From: an uncultured Eubacteriales bacterium
GTDB taxonomy: Bacteria > Bacillota > Clostridia > Oscillospirales > CAG-272
Reading direction: 5' to 3'
DNA length: 64,000 nucleotides
Assembly: GCA_959601495.1 (NCBI GenBank)
Contig: CAUGPT010000003.1
Span: 2,222-66,221, forward strand
Under the pieces are notes generated by a model. That model did no database searches, was not told where the DNA came from, and was given only the letters and a program-made list of their open reading frames with translations. Positions 18,462-27,353 of the stretch are shown here, in pieces; the first letter of the stretch is position 1, and each line of letters begins with the position of its first letter. The position numbers and the translations under genes are program-made.

Positions 18462-19066
18462 TTATCTATATTTCTCCAACGCCTTTTCCAAAGCGCTTTT
18501 GACCTTTTCACGCAGGCACCTGGGCTCCAGCACCGTCACATCCGGGGCGAAGTTCATGGCGAACTGCTCCATGGCCATCTCGTTGGTGAAAGCCGTAACG
18601 GTAACGCCGGCGTCATCCTCATCGGAGAAAGTCACGTCCGTTCCGAACAGGTCGATGACATCGCTGACCATGGCCTTGGCCACACGAAACACCGCCCGAA
18701 CATTGTCACTGGCATACATGTATGGGTGCTCCTTCATATAGGTAGCCAGATCCAGCGTCCGGCCGTTGGCCCACTTCAGATGTTCAAATGGCTTGGCCGG
18801 CTCGTCCAAAATCTTCAGTTCCGTGATGCGGTCCAGACGGTAGTTGGAAATATCGTCGTACTTGTCGTCGTACTTGTCATAGTTGCAGATCAGATAATAT
18901 TTCCCCTCCTTGGCCGCCATCTGATAGGGGGAAATGACATACAGCCGCTCTGTGCCGTCGGGACGGGTTTTGATATGATGACGCTTGTCAGTGCCGTATT
19001 CCAGATATTTGAAGCTGGCCTTCCGCCCCCATCTGCGAATGACCCTACCAGCTTATAAAACTGCAT
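18462..19066 (-). pseudogene. WYL-domain protein without an N-terminal HTH, frameshifted in a G5 run
   Basis: GAGGTG RBS plus ATG 19066 gives MQFYKLVGSFADGG. Adding one G at 19026-19030 (C5 on plus) continues into RKASFKYLEYGTDKRHHIKTRPDGTERLYVISPYQMAAKEGKYYLICNYD...NYRLDRITELKIL, a WYL-type motif. As sequenced, only 18462-18920 begins with an ATG. Confidence 0.6.
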
Positions 19067-19450
19067 ATCCACACCTCACATATCTTTTTATCCTCACAAA
19101 ACAAGTATAGGAAATTGCGTGGGACAAAAAGAGGACATCGACCGGCCCGCCCGTCAAAATCGGTTAGGCGATCAAGAGGCGACGCGGCGCACACTCCGTA
19201 CAACCTGAAAATGTTATCGGAGTGTTTCTTTAATCAGGGATATTTATTGGACATTAACCATGCCAAAATTATTTTTGTAAATTAGGAACACTCGGTGCTT
19301 GCTTGTGCCGTAAAAAAAGAGGTGCTGTCCCGGCTGCTCATCATCGATACCGTGGCCTTCACGGTACGGCCGTATATGGGATTTGACGAGTATATGGAAG
19401 TCTGCTACGCCTCCGCCCTCCTTGCCGACCGTCGGTTATCCGGCACTTTT

Positions 19451-19484
19451 AAAAAAGCGCGGAGCGTTTGCTCCGCGCTTTTTT
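19451..19484 (-). terminator. rho-independent terminator ending the T-box-1 operon
   Basis: AAAAAA-GCGCGGAGC-GTTT-GCTCCGCGC-TTTTTT lies directly after the oxidoreductase gamma subunit stop. Confidence 0.85.
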
Positions 19485-20014
19485 CAATATTCCATACCCC
19501 GGCGTATTGCCGCAAGGTTTGCTTCAAGCAGATCCTGATGGCGGGCGGAAACTACCTTTTTAAGAGCAGCCTCCGTATCATCCGAGGCGACCGCGCCGGT
19601 CTCTTTTATAAACTTGCCCACCATTATCATGTTGGCAAGAGACGGAGTGCCCAGCTCGTTTGCGAGAGCCGTTGCGGGCACATAAAAGACCTTTACATCG
19701 TCGCGGCGCACCTTGCGCTCAACAAGGGTCGAATCCACAAATATGCATCCGCCGCCGACAACTGCGTCCTCGTATTTGTCAAGGGACGGCAGGTTCATTG
19801 CGATGAGCACATCCGGCTTTGAAACGATGGGAGAGCCGACAGGCTCATCCGACAGGATAACGCTGCAGTTCGCGGTACCTCCGCGCATTTCGGGGCCGTA
19901 GGACGGCAGCCAGCTGAGCTGGCGTCCCTCCAGAAGTCCCTTGTACGCAAGAAACTTACCCGCAAACAGCACGCCCTGTCCGCCGAAACCGGCTATCAAA
20001 AGCTGTGTCGTCAT
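19484..20014 (-). CDS. 2-oxoacid:ferredoxin (acceptor) oxidoreductase, gamma subunit
   Basis: MTTQLLIAGFGGQGVLFAGKFLA...GPEMRGGTANCSV is the typical gamma-subunit signature. Confidence 0.85.
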   Translation of the reverse strand: MTTQLLIAGFGGQGVLFAGKFLAYKGLLEGRQLSWLPSYGPEMRGGTANCSVILSDEPVGSPIVSKPDVLIAMNLPSLDKYEDAVVGGGCIFVDSTLVERKVRRDDVKVFYVPATALANELGTPSLANMIMVGKFIKETGAVASDDTEAALKKVVSARHQDLLEANLAAIRRGMEY

Positions 20015-20766
20015 TTTGCTTCGCCCTCCTTTGCGCTTCTGTCCTTGTATACGCCCAGAGGATAGTAGGGTATCATCTTATCGTCTATCCATTTGAGCGC
20101 CGCCTCGGGCGTCATGCCCCAGTTCGTCGGGCAGGACGAAATTACCTCAATAAGAGAGAATCCCTTGCCCTCGACCTGGTTGCGGAACGCTTTTTCGATC
20201 GCCGCCTTTGCGGTCTTTACATTCTTTACATTATTCACGGCAACGCGCGCAAGATACTCGGGACCGTCCAGTGCCGAAAGCATTTCGCACACCTTTATGG
20301 GATAGCCCGCGGTCTTTACGTCGCGTCCGTAGGGAGAGGTCTGCGTGACCTGACCCGGCAGCGACGTGGGCGCCATCTGACCGCCCGTCATACCGTATAT
20401 TGCGTTGTTTACGAATATAACCGTGATGTTTTCGTTTCTCGTAGCGGCGTGAACAGTCTCCGCCATACCGATGGATGCAAGGTCGCCGTCGCCCTGATAC
20501 GTGAATATGATATTTTCCGGCATAGAGCGCTTGAGACCGGTGGCGACAGCCGGAGCACGTCCGTGCGCCGCCTCGACCATATCGCACGCAAAGTAATTAT
20601 ACGCCATAACTGCGCAGCCTACTGGAGCAACACCCACCGTTCTGCCCTCGATGCCGAGAGTGTCTATAGCCTCGGCGACAAGGCGGTGGATTATGCCGTG
20701 GGTGCAGCCGGGGCAGTAATGCAGTTCGGCGTCGGTAAGGCTGTGCGGTTTTTCAAATACTACCAT
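20011..20766 (-). CDS. 2-oxoacid:ferredoxin oxidoreductase, beta subunit (thiamine-pyrophosphate binding)
   Basis: YCPGCTHG...GDGDLASIGMAE...NNAIYGMTGGQ are TPP and Fe-S motifs. 4-nt overlap with the gamma subunit. Confidence 0.85.
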   Translation of the reverse strand: MVVFEKPHSLTDAELHYCPGCTHGIIHRLVAEAIDTLGIEGRTVGVAPVGCAVMAYNYFACDMVEAAHGRAPAVATGLKRSMPENIIFTYQGDGDLASIGMAETVHAATRNENITVIFVNNAIYGMTGGQMAPTSLPGQVTQTSPYGRDVKTAGYPIKVCEMLSALDGPEYLARVAVNNVKNVKTAKAAIEKAFRNQVEGKGFSLIEVISSCPTNWGMTPEAALKWIDDKMIPYYPLGVYKDRSAKEGEAK

Positions 20767-21827
20767 TATTTAAGCCCTCCGTTCATTTTTCTGATGCTTT
20801 CAAGTACCTCGTCGGGAGACGGTATCATACCGCCCGCTCTGAAGCAAAGCTCCACGGGACGGCTGCACTGACAAGAGAGGCGCACATCCTCTATCATCTG
20901 GCCCATGGAAAGCTCGACAGAGATAAATCCGCGAACGTGTGCGGCAGCTTCGGCAATTGCTTTTTTGGGGAACGGCCAAACCGTTATGGGTCTGATGAGT
21001 CCCGCCTTTATACCCTCGCGGCGTGCGGCGGTCACAGCGTTTTTCGCAACTCTTGCAGCAATGCCGAAGGCTACGAGGCAAATGTCCGCATCCTCCGTCA
21101 TGTAGCTTTCCCAACGCGCCTCGTTCTCCTCTATCTGCTTGTAACGCTCAAATCTTTCGATGTTTGTGCGCTCAAGCTCTTCGGGCACAAGATAGAGAGA
21201 GTTTACTATGTTGTGCTCTCTCTTCATACCGGTACCGGTAACAGCCCAGGGCTTTTCGCACGCAGCACTGCTCTCCTCGGGCAGCAGCACGGGCTCCATC
21301 ATCTGACCCATGGTGCCGTCCGCCAGAAGCATTGCGGGCACGCGGTATTTGTCGGAAAGATCAAATGCAAGCGCCGTAAGATCAGCCATTTCCTGAACGG
21401 AATCGGGTGTGAGCACTATGAGATGATAGTCTCCGTGTCCGCCGCCCTTTGTCGCCTGGAAGTAGTCGGACTGCGAGGGCTGGATGCCGCCCAGTCCGGG
21501 GCCGCCGCGCTGTACGTTTACTATAAGCGCGGGCAGGTCTGCGCCCGCTATGTAGGAAATGCCCTCCTGCTTAAGGGATACTCCGGGAGAGGAGGAAGAT
21601 GTCATAACTCTCTTGCCGCTTGCGGACACTCCGTACACCATGTTGATGGCGGATATTTCGCTTTCCGCCTGCAGAAATGTGCCGCCGATCTTCGGCATGC
21701 GCTTTGCCATATATGCCGCAAGCTCTGTCTGAGGCGTTATGGGATATCCGAAATAGTGACGGCAGCCTGCGCGTATCGCCGCCTCGGCGATAGCCTCGTT
21801 GCCCTTCATAAGTACCTTTTCACTCAT
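20766..21827 (-). CDS. 2-oxoacid:ferredoxin oxidoreductase, alpha subunit
   Basis: MKGNEAIAEAAIRAGCRHYFGYPITPQTE is a POR/KOR alpha-type N-terminus. Confidence 0.85.
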   Translation of the reverse strand: MSEKVLMKGNEAIAEAAIRAGCRHYFGYPITPQTELAAYMAKRMPKIGGTFLQAESEISAINMVYGVSASGKRVMTSSSSPGVSLKQEGISYIAGADLPALIVNVQRGGPGLGGIQPSQSDYFQATKGGGHGDYHLIVLTPDSVQEMADLTALAFDLSDKYRVPAMLLADGTMGQMMEPVLLPEESSAACEKPWAVTGTGMKREHNIVNSLYLVPEELERTNIERFERYKQIEENEARWESYMTEDADICLVAFGIAARVAKNAVTAARREGIKAGLIRPITVWPFPKKAIAEAAAHVRGFISVELSMGQMIEDVRLSCQCSRPVELCFRAGGMIPSPDEVLESIRKMNGGLK

Positions 21828-21839
21828 AATCCTCTCACC

Positions 21840-22040
21840 TCACTTCTCTACCGTTATAACGCAATCGGGACACATGGTCGCGCAGAAGGCGCAGCCTATG
21901 CATTTATCCTGATCCGTAACGGCAGCGGGAAAATGGCCTTTTTTGTTGATCTTCGTTTTGTCGATAACGATGATACCGCGGGGACATACGCCGACGCAAA
22001 GTCCGCAGCCCTTGCAGATATCCGTTTTGAAGCTTACCAT
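21840..22040 (-). CDS. 4Fe-4S dicluster ferredoxin-type delta subunit
   Basis: 66 aa with CKGCGLCVGVCP and CIGCAFCATMCP. Start set at the ATG at 22040. The 119-aa track extension overlaps the upstream gene. Confidence 0.8.
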   Translation of the reverse strand: MVSFKTDICKGCGLCVGVCPRGIIVIDKTKINKKGHFPAAVTDQDKCIGCAFCATMCPDCVITVEK

Positions 22041-22065
22041 AGCCTCGTCCTGCCTTTCTGTGATT

Positions 22066-22722
22066 TTATTTCCAATATTTTTTCTGCAGCTCAAGCGGCA
22101 GAATATCGCCGTGCCCCGAAAGTTCTTCGGCAATATCGCGCCTTGCCGACGTAAACGCGACGGGCACGCCGGAAAGCTCCGAGAGCCGCTGTGCGGCACC
22201 GAAGGTCTCGATAACGTGCTGCGCCGCTGTTTCCTCGCCGAGATTTGAATTGTTTACTATACCCGTGACGGGCACGCCGCCCGCCGCCTCCACCTCGCGC
22301 ATGACGCAAAGAGCGTCCTCGGCGCTTCTTGTCAGCGGGCGGTAGAAGTTTACCACATACAGGTTTTCAAAATTGTTCTCTTCCCGTATGGCGGGCGCGA
22401 ATCTGCCGACGGCATATGCGCCGCTGTCGTCTCCGCCCACGTCTATGACCGCGTGCCGCTCTCTGTTCTGCACAACTGAGTACATCTCGGAGGGCAGAGT
22501 GGGCAGATCCACGTTTGTGTTCGCAAACGGCAGCGATATGACCGAAACGCCCGCGCGCCGCAGTTTTTCCTCGCTGTCTTTTGTGCGGAAATACGGGTTT
22601 ACTATGTCAAGATCGGCTATCACCGTGTCGTATCCGAGCGAGTGGAGCCGCAGGGCATAGTTTACCGCAATGTTAGTTTTGCCGCTGCCGTAATGGCCGC
22701 AGAAAAGAGTAAGCCTTTTCAT
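22066..22722 (-). CDS. MinD/ParA/CooC-like P-loop ATPase (ATP-binding protein)
   Basis: Deviant Walker A CGHYGSGKTNIAVN plus DLDIVNPYF. Embedded between ilvE and the oxidoreductase genes. Confidence 0.7.
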   Translation of the reverse strand: MKRLTLFCGHYGSGKTNIAVNYALRLHSLGYDTVIADLDIVNPYFRTKDSEEKLRRAGVSVISLPFANTNVDLPTLPSEMYSVVQNRERHAVIDVGGDDSGAYAVGRFAPAIREENNFENLYVVNFYRPLTRSAEDALCVMREVEAAGGVPVTGIVNNSNLGEETAAQHVIETFGAAQRLSELSGVPVAFTSARRDIAEELSGHGDILPLELQKKYWK

Positions 22723-23816
22723 TATTTGTTAAGACCGAGGGGGTATGTCCAGCCCATAAAGTCCTCGACGGTGCCGGTCTGTATGCCGTACAAAGTGTCG
22801 TAAAGCTTCTGGGAAAGCGCGCCGACCTTGCCGTCGGCAACGGTCATATCCTTGCCCTCGATGCAAAGCCAGCCGATAGGAGAAATTACCGCCGCGGTGC
22901 CGCTTGCGAATATCTCCTTAAGTGTGCCGTCCTTGCTCGCAGCCTGAATTTCGTCAATGGAGAGCTTGCGCTCGCTGACCTTGACGCCCCAGTGCTTCAG
23001 CAGTCTTATAACGGAATCTCTCGTAATTCCGGGGAGTATCGTGCCGGAGTCCAGAGGCGCGGTTATCACCTCGTCGCCGATATAGAAGAACGCGTTGGAC
23101 GTGCCTATCTCCTCAACATACTTGTGCTCTGCAGCGTCAAGCCACAAAACGTCCTTGCAGTTGTACTTCATTGCGTCCTGAGAAGCGCGCATACCGCCGC
23201 CGTAGTTGCCGCCGACCTTGGCATATCCCGTGCCGCCGCGCGCCGCGCGGATGTATTTATCCTGAACATATATACGCGTGGTTGAAAGTCCGCCGTCGTT
23301 TGCGGCATAGTAAGAACCTGTGGGGCTGAGAATTATCATAAAGCGGTAGTGCTTTGCGGGAAGCACGGAGAAGGAGACCTCATCGCCGAAAATGAAGGGG
23401 CGAACATACAGTGCCGTACCGGGTGCATGAGGTACCCAGTCGATATCCTCTTTGATAACGGCGCGTACCGCCGCAACAAGAAGATCGTCGGGCAGCTCGG
23501 GAATGCACATACGCTCGTTTGTTCTCTTCATTCTCGCAACGTTCATGTCGGGTCTGAAAAGCTGAATGTCGCCGTCGGGAGTGCGGTATGCCTTCATACC
23601 CTCGAACATCATCTGCGCGTAGTGCAGAACGCAGGATGCGGGCTCGATGAGAATAGGCTCGTGGGGAACGACTCTGCCGTCGTGCCAGCCCTCGCCCTCA
23701 TCATAGTCCATTACAAACATATGATCCGTAAAGTATTTCGCAAAGCCCAGTTTTGTTTCGTCCTCGGGACGCTTTTTGGGATGTGTCGTTCTCGTTACGG
23801 GAAAAACGTAGTTCAT
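22722..23816 (-). CDS. ilvE: branched-chain amino acid aminotransferase
   Basis: 364 aa class IV aminotransferase pattern: LHYAQMMFEGMKAYR...GGTGYAKVGGNY...GITRDS. Confidence 0.85.
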   Translation of the reverse strand: MNYVFPVTRTTHPKKRPEDETKLGFAKYFTDHMFVMDYDEGEGWHDGRVVPHEPILIEPASCVLHYAQMMFEGMKAYRTPDGDIQLFRPDMNVARMKRTNERMCIPELPDDLLVAAVRAVIKEDIDWVPHAPGTALYVRPFIFGDEVSFSVLPAKHYRFMIILSPTGSYYAANDGGLSTTRIYVQDKYIRAARGGTGYAKVGGNYGGGMRASQDAMKYNCKDVLWLDAAEHKYVEEIGTSNAFFYIGDEVITAPLDSGTILPGITRDSVIRLLKHWGVKVSERKLSIDEIQAASKDGTLKEIFASGTAAVISPIGWLCIEGKDMTVADGKVGALSQKLYDTLYGIQTGTVEDFMGWTYPLGLNK

Positions 23817-23846
23817 GATATTTTCTCCTTTATATATTGATAAAAA

Positions 23847-24635
23847 TTATATACTGTATAATTCGCGTCTGCGGTCGGCAAACACGTTTATGCTGTCTCG
23901 TATACCGCCGAGCACCGACATATCGCAGTCGGCGCAGATTATCTCCTCGCCGCATCCCGCTTTTGACAGAACGCCGCCAAGAGGATCGTATATGACGGAA
24001 GAGCCGCCGTATACCGTCTCGCCGGCAGTTCCGCAGGAATTGCACAGCGCAAGAAACATCTGATTTTCTATTGCCCGCGCTCTTGTAAGCGCTTCAAGCT
24101 GCATCGTGCGGACACTCGGCCACTGCGAAACAAGGAAAAGCACGTCAAGGGGGACCTCGGCGCTCATTGTGCGAGCCGCCTCGGGAAAGCGGATGTCATA
24201 GCATATAAGCACGCCGCACCGCACGCCGTCAAGGGTGAAGGTGCAGAAATGATCGCCCGCCCTGAAATACTCATGCTCGCCCATGGGGGTGAAAAGATGA
24301 GTTTTGTCGTACGATGCAATGCACTCGCCGCTTCTGTCAAAAACATACGAAGTGTTGTACACTTTTCCGCCGCGGGCGTCCGAAACGCTGCCCGCCACTA
24401 TGTTAACGCCGAATTCTTTCGCCGCGCCGCCGATCTCGCGTCTGACCCTCTCGCCGTCCTTGTCGGAAAGAGCGGAAAGCCCCTCTTTCGGGAAAAAGCC
24501 CGTGTTCCACGTTTCGGGAAGCACACAGACATCGCAGCCGTCGGCGCATGCTTTTTCGATAAGCCGTTTTGCGGCATCGAAATTTTCATCCGGCGCCGCA
24601 AGCCGCATATTCATCTGAATACATGATATTTTCAT
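23847..24635 (-). CDS. carbon-nitrogen hydrolase family protein (nitrilase / omega-amidase-like)
   Basis: The Glu-Lys-Cys triad context is present: VLPETWNTGF, YDKTHLF, VLICYDIRFPE. Confidence 0.8.
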   Translation of the reverse strand: MKISCIQMNMRLAAPDENFDAAKRLIEKACADGCDVCVLPETWNTGFFPKEGLSALSDKDGERVRREIGGAAKEFGVNIVAGSVSDARGGKVYNTSYVFDRSGECIASYDKTHLFTPMGEHEYFRAGDHFCTFTLDGVRCGVLICYDIRFPEAARTMSAEVPLDVLFLVSQWPSVRTMQLEALTRARAIENQMFLALCNSCGTAGETVYGGSSVIYDPLGGVLSKAGCGEEIICADCDMSVLGGIRDSINVFADRRRELYSI

Positions 24636-24662
24636 TTTGCCTTACGCCTCCGATTTGTTAGT

Positions 24663-26945
24663 TTACAGTCGGTTTCTTTGTATTTTTCCGGTCGAAGTTT
24701 TGGGCAGCTCGTCGCGGAACACGACGAGGCGGGGATATTTGTAAGGAGCCGTATGTGTCTTGACGTAGTTCTGAATTTCTTTTTTCAGCTCTTCCGTCGG
24801 CTCCGTGCCCTTTGTAAGCACCACGCTTGCCTTTACTATCTGACCGCGCACCTCGTCGGGGGCTGCGGAAACTCCGCATTCAAGCACATAAGGCAGCTCC
24901 ATGATAACGCTTTCTATCTCGAAAGGTCCTATGCGGTATCCCGATGACTTGATAATGTCGTCCACTCTGCCCACATACCAGTAGAAGCCGTCCTCATCGC
25001 GCCAGGCGGTGTCGCCCGTATGGTAGAAGCCGTCGTGCCGGACTTCTTTTGTCTTTTCCTCATCGCCGTAGTAGCCGGTAAAGAGTCCGCAGGGCGCGCC
25101 TTCCGATACGTCAATGACGATCTCGCCGACCTCGCCGTCGGGCACAGGCTCGCCGTTTGCGTCAACAAGGGAGACCTTGTAGATAGGCGCGGGCTTGCCC
25201 ATGGAGCCTATCTTGTGCGGCGCGCCGCGCAGGTTGCCGATGACCATTGTAGTCTCGGACTGACCGAAGCCCTCAATTATCTGAAGCCCGGTCGCCTTTT
25301 CAAACTGACGGTACACCTCGGGGTTCAGCGCTTCTCCAGCAGTCGTCATGTGCTTGACGCTTGAAAGATCATACTTTGTAAGATCCTCTTTTATCATCAT
25401 GCGCAGCATTGTCGGCGGTGCGCAGAAGGTGGTAATTTGATATTTTTTGAACATGGGCAGTATATCGGCAGCGTCAAAACGGTCAAAGTCGTATACGAAC
25501 GTTGCCGCCTCGCAAAGCCACTGACCGTAAAGCTTGCCCCACATTGCCTTTGCCCAGCCCGTATCGGATATGGTAAAGTGCAGACCGTCGGGGTCGCAGC
25601 AGTGCCAGTATTTTGCCGTATGGAAATGCCCGAGGGCGTATTTGTAGTTGTGCGCCGCGATCTTCGGATATCCGGAAGTTCCGGATGTGAAGAACATGAG
25701 CATAAGATCGTCGCCGCCGGGCGCATCCGCCGGGCGCTCGTAGTGAGAGCTGAAAAGACGGTATTCGTCGTCAAAGCTTCTCCATCCCTCGCGACTTGCG
25801 CCGACAAGCAAAAGATTTTTCATTTTGCCGTAAGTCTTGCAGGCGGCCTCGATCTCCGCTGCCGTGTCGGGAGTGCTTATGACCGTTTCAATGCCCGCGG
25901 CATTGAAACGGTATTCGAAATCGTGCTGCTGAAGCTGACAGACTGCGGGAATCGCTATCGCTCCCAGCTTATTCAGTCCCAGCATCGCAAACCAGAACTC
26001 GTATGCGCGCCGCAGCACAAGCATTACTCTGTCTCCGCGCTTTATGCCGAGAGAGCTGAAATAGTTTGCGCATCTTGCGGATGCCTTTTTCATATTCTCA
26101 AAGGTAAAGCGGCGCTCGGTCCTGTCGCGGGCAATATGCAGCATTGCAAGTTTATCCGGGCTGCGGGATGCAAGTTCATCGACAATGTCAAAAGCGAAAT
26201 TGAAATGCTCCGTATTTTTGAATGTTATCGAAAGAGGCGTTCCGCGCTCGTTTTTCACGACGTCGACGTATTCGCTGTAGATACGTTTTTTCGTATCCTG
26301 CCTTACGGTCTTCGTCTCCTCGATGCTGCGCGCGGGCGCAAGCTCGGGGATAGGCTCGCCGGAGGGGTTAAGCACTATTGCGTAGAACTCACAGTCCTCG
26401 CCGTTTACGGCTATCATGCCGTGAGGTGTTGACGAATCGTAATATACGCTGTCGCCGCGGCCGAGAACGACGCTGTGCTCGCCTATCTGAACACGCAGAT
26501 GGCCCGAGATAACTATATCAAGCTCCTGCCCTTCGTGAGTGGTAAGCTCAATGTCGGCGCTCTGCGCCGATGGGTCATACGCGCTGCGGACGTACAGCGG
26601 TTCAGCTATCCTGTTCTGAAAAGCGTATGCCAGATTGTAGTACGTCATGCCGTGGGCGTTGGCTATCTCCTGCCCCTCGCCGCTTCTTGTAAGCGTAAAG
26701 GAGCGCAGAGTCGGGCTGTGACCCTCGATTATATCGGTAACGTCAACGTTGAAGGCAAGAGCGCAGCGGTATATGAACGCAAAGTTCAAATCGCTTCTGC
26801 CCGCCTCGCATTCAAGGTATTCGGCGACGGTGACATCCGTTTTCTCCGCCATTTCCTCGGGGCTGAGCCCCTCGATCTCGCGCAGCTCGCGTATGCGCGC
26901 CGCCATCTCGCCTATTTTGTAGTCAAGAGCCGTGATCTGTTTCAT
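24663..26945 (-). CDS. XRE-HTH + cupin + AMP-binding (acyl-CoA synthetase/ligase) fusion protein, paralog 1
   Basis: N-terminus IRELREIEGLSPEEMAEKTDVTVAEYLECEAG (HTH_3), then a cupin (HEGQELDIVISGHLRVQIG...GDSVYYDSSTPHG). AMP-binding motifs follow: FFTSGTSGYPK, GEAL, YHTGD, GRVDDIIKSSGYRIGPFEIE, GKIQR. Start at ATG 26945. Confidence 0.85.
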   Translation of the reverse strand: MKQITALDYKIGEMAARIRELREIEGLSPEEMAEKTDVTVAEYLECEAGRSDLNFAFIYRCALAFNVDVTDIIEGHSPTLRSFTLTRSGEGQEIANAHGMTYYNLAYAFQNRIAEPLYVRSAYDPSAQSADIELTTHEGQELDIVISGHLRVQIGEHSVVLGRGDSVYYDSSTPHGMIAVNGEDCEFYAIVLNPSGEPIPELAPARSIEETKTVRQDTKKRIYSEYVDVVKNERGTPLSITFKNTEHFNFAFDIVDELASRSPDKLAMLHIARDRTERRFTFENMKKASARCANYFSSLGIKRGDRVMLVLRRAYEFWFAMLGLNKLGAIAIPAVCQLQQHDFEYRFNAAGIETVISTPDTAAEIEAACKTYGKMKNLLLVGASREGWRSFDDEYRLFSSHYERPADAPGGDDLMLMFFTSGTSGYPKIAAHNYKYALGHFHTAKYWHCCDPDGLHFTISDTGWAKAMWGKLYGQWLCEAATFVYDFDRFDAADILPMFKKYQITTFCAPPTMLRMMIKEDLTKYDLSSVKHMTTAGEALNPEVYRQFEKATGLQIIEGFGQSETTMVIGNLRGAPHKIGSMGKPAPIYKVSLVDANGEPVPDGEVGEIVIDVSEGAPCGLFTGYYGDEEKTKEVRHDGFYHTGDTAWRDEDGFYWYVGRVDDIIKSSGYRIGPFEIESVIMELPYVLECGVSAAPDEVRGQIVKASVVLTKGTEPTEELKKEIQNYVKTHTAPYKYPRLVVFRDELPKTSTGKIQRNRL

Positions 26946-27014
26946 TTGTTTTTCCCTCCGTGCGTTGATGTGTGACAGATGCAAAGCGCATTCGGCGCCC
27001 CGCACAGCAATTGG

Positions 27015-27300
27015 AACGAAAAAAGCACCCGTCCCAAAGCTTTGGATTACTTTGAGACGAGTGCCGAAACATCAGCTACCCGCGGTACCACTCAAATTGC
27101 GCCGTAAATAGACGCCTCTCAGGCTCTGTCAAGCCGTATGCATTTCACGCAGCAGTTACGGGAAGGCTCTACTTGCCCGCATGGGCTTTCTTCCTTCCGG
27201 CTCAGAAGCTACAACCGACGCACCGTTTCCGACAGCTCACACCGACCGCTGCCTCTCTGCAGGACGTTTTGCATCAATACTCTTCGTCTTTGCCTTTACA
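27015..27300 (-). promoter_or_regulatory. T-box riboswitch leader 1 (Stem I with AGAGAG/GGTG distal elements, Stem III, T-box sequence, terminator)
   Basis: Minus strand contains AATTTGAGTGGTACCGCGGG (plus 27079-27098). The terminator GCACTCGTCTCAAAG...CTTTGGGACGGGTGCTTTTTT lies at plus 27019-27064. The 5' end has a GA-motif and AGAGTA S-turn. Confidence 0.85.
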
Positions 27301-27305
27301 TTCTC

Positions 27306-27334
27306 AGTATAATCCAACACTATTCAGTTGTCAA
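27306..27334 (-). promoter_or_regulatory. sigma-A promoter of T-box leader 1
   Basis: Minus strand: TTGACA, 17 nt, TATACT. Only 20 nt downstream of the paralog-2 stop codon. Confidence 0.7.
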
Positions 27335-27353
27335 GAGGGAAAACGAATTTTTA

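Noticed and set aside
16900-19300. Calling the islet a mobile element or prophage remnant
   Set aside because: No integrase, transposase, terminal inverted repeats or flanking direct repeats were found. Only the compositional shifts and gene content suggest foreign origin, so it is reported as a finding and not as a mobile_element feature.
19295-19822. 175-aa plus-strand ORF after the WYL islet
   Set aside because: It reads through the bidirectional terminator at 19451-19484 and then runs antisense into the oxidoreductase gamma subunit. At most, its first ~50 codons are a gene remnant.
20005-22154. Plus-strand ORFs 20005-20871 and 20937-22154 opposite the oxidoreductase genes
   Set aside because: They are antisense shadows of well-supported TPP and ferredoxin-motif genes, with no start context.
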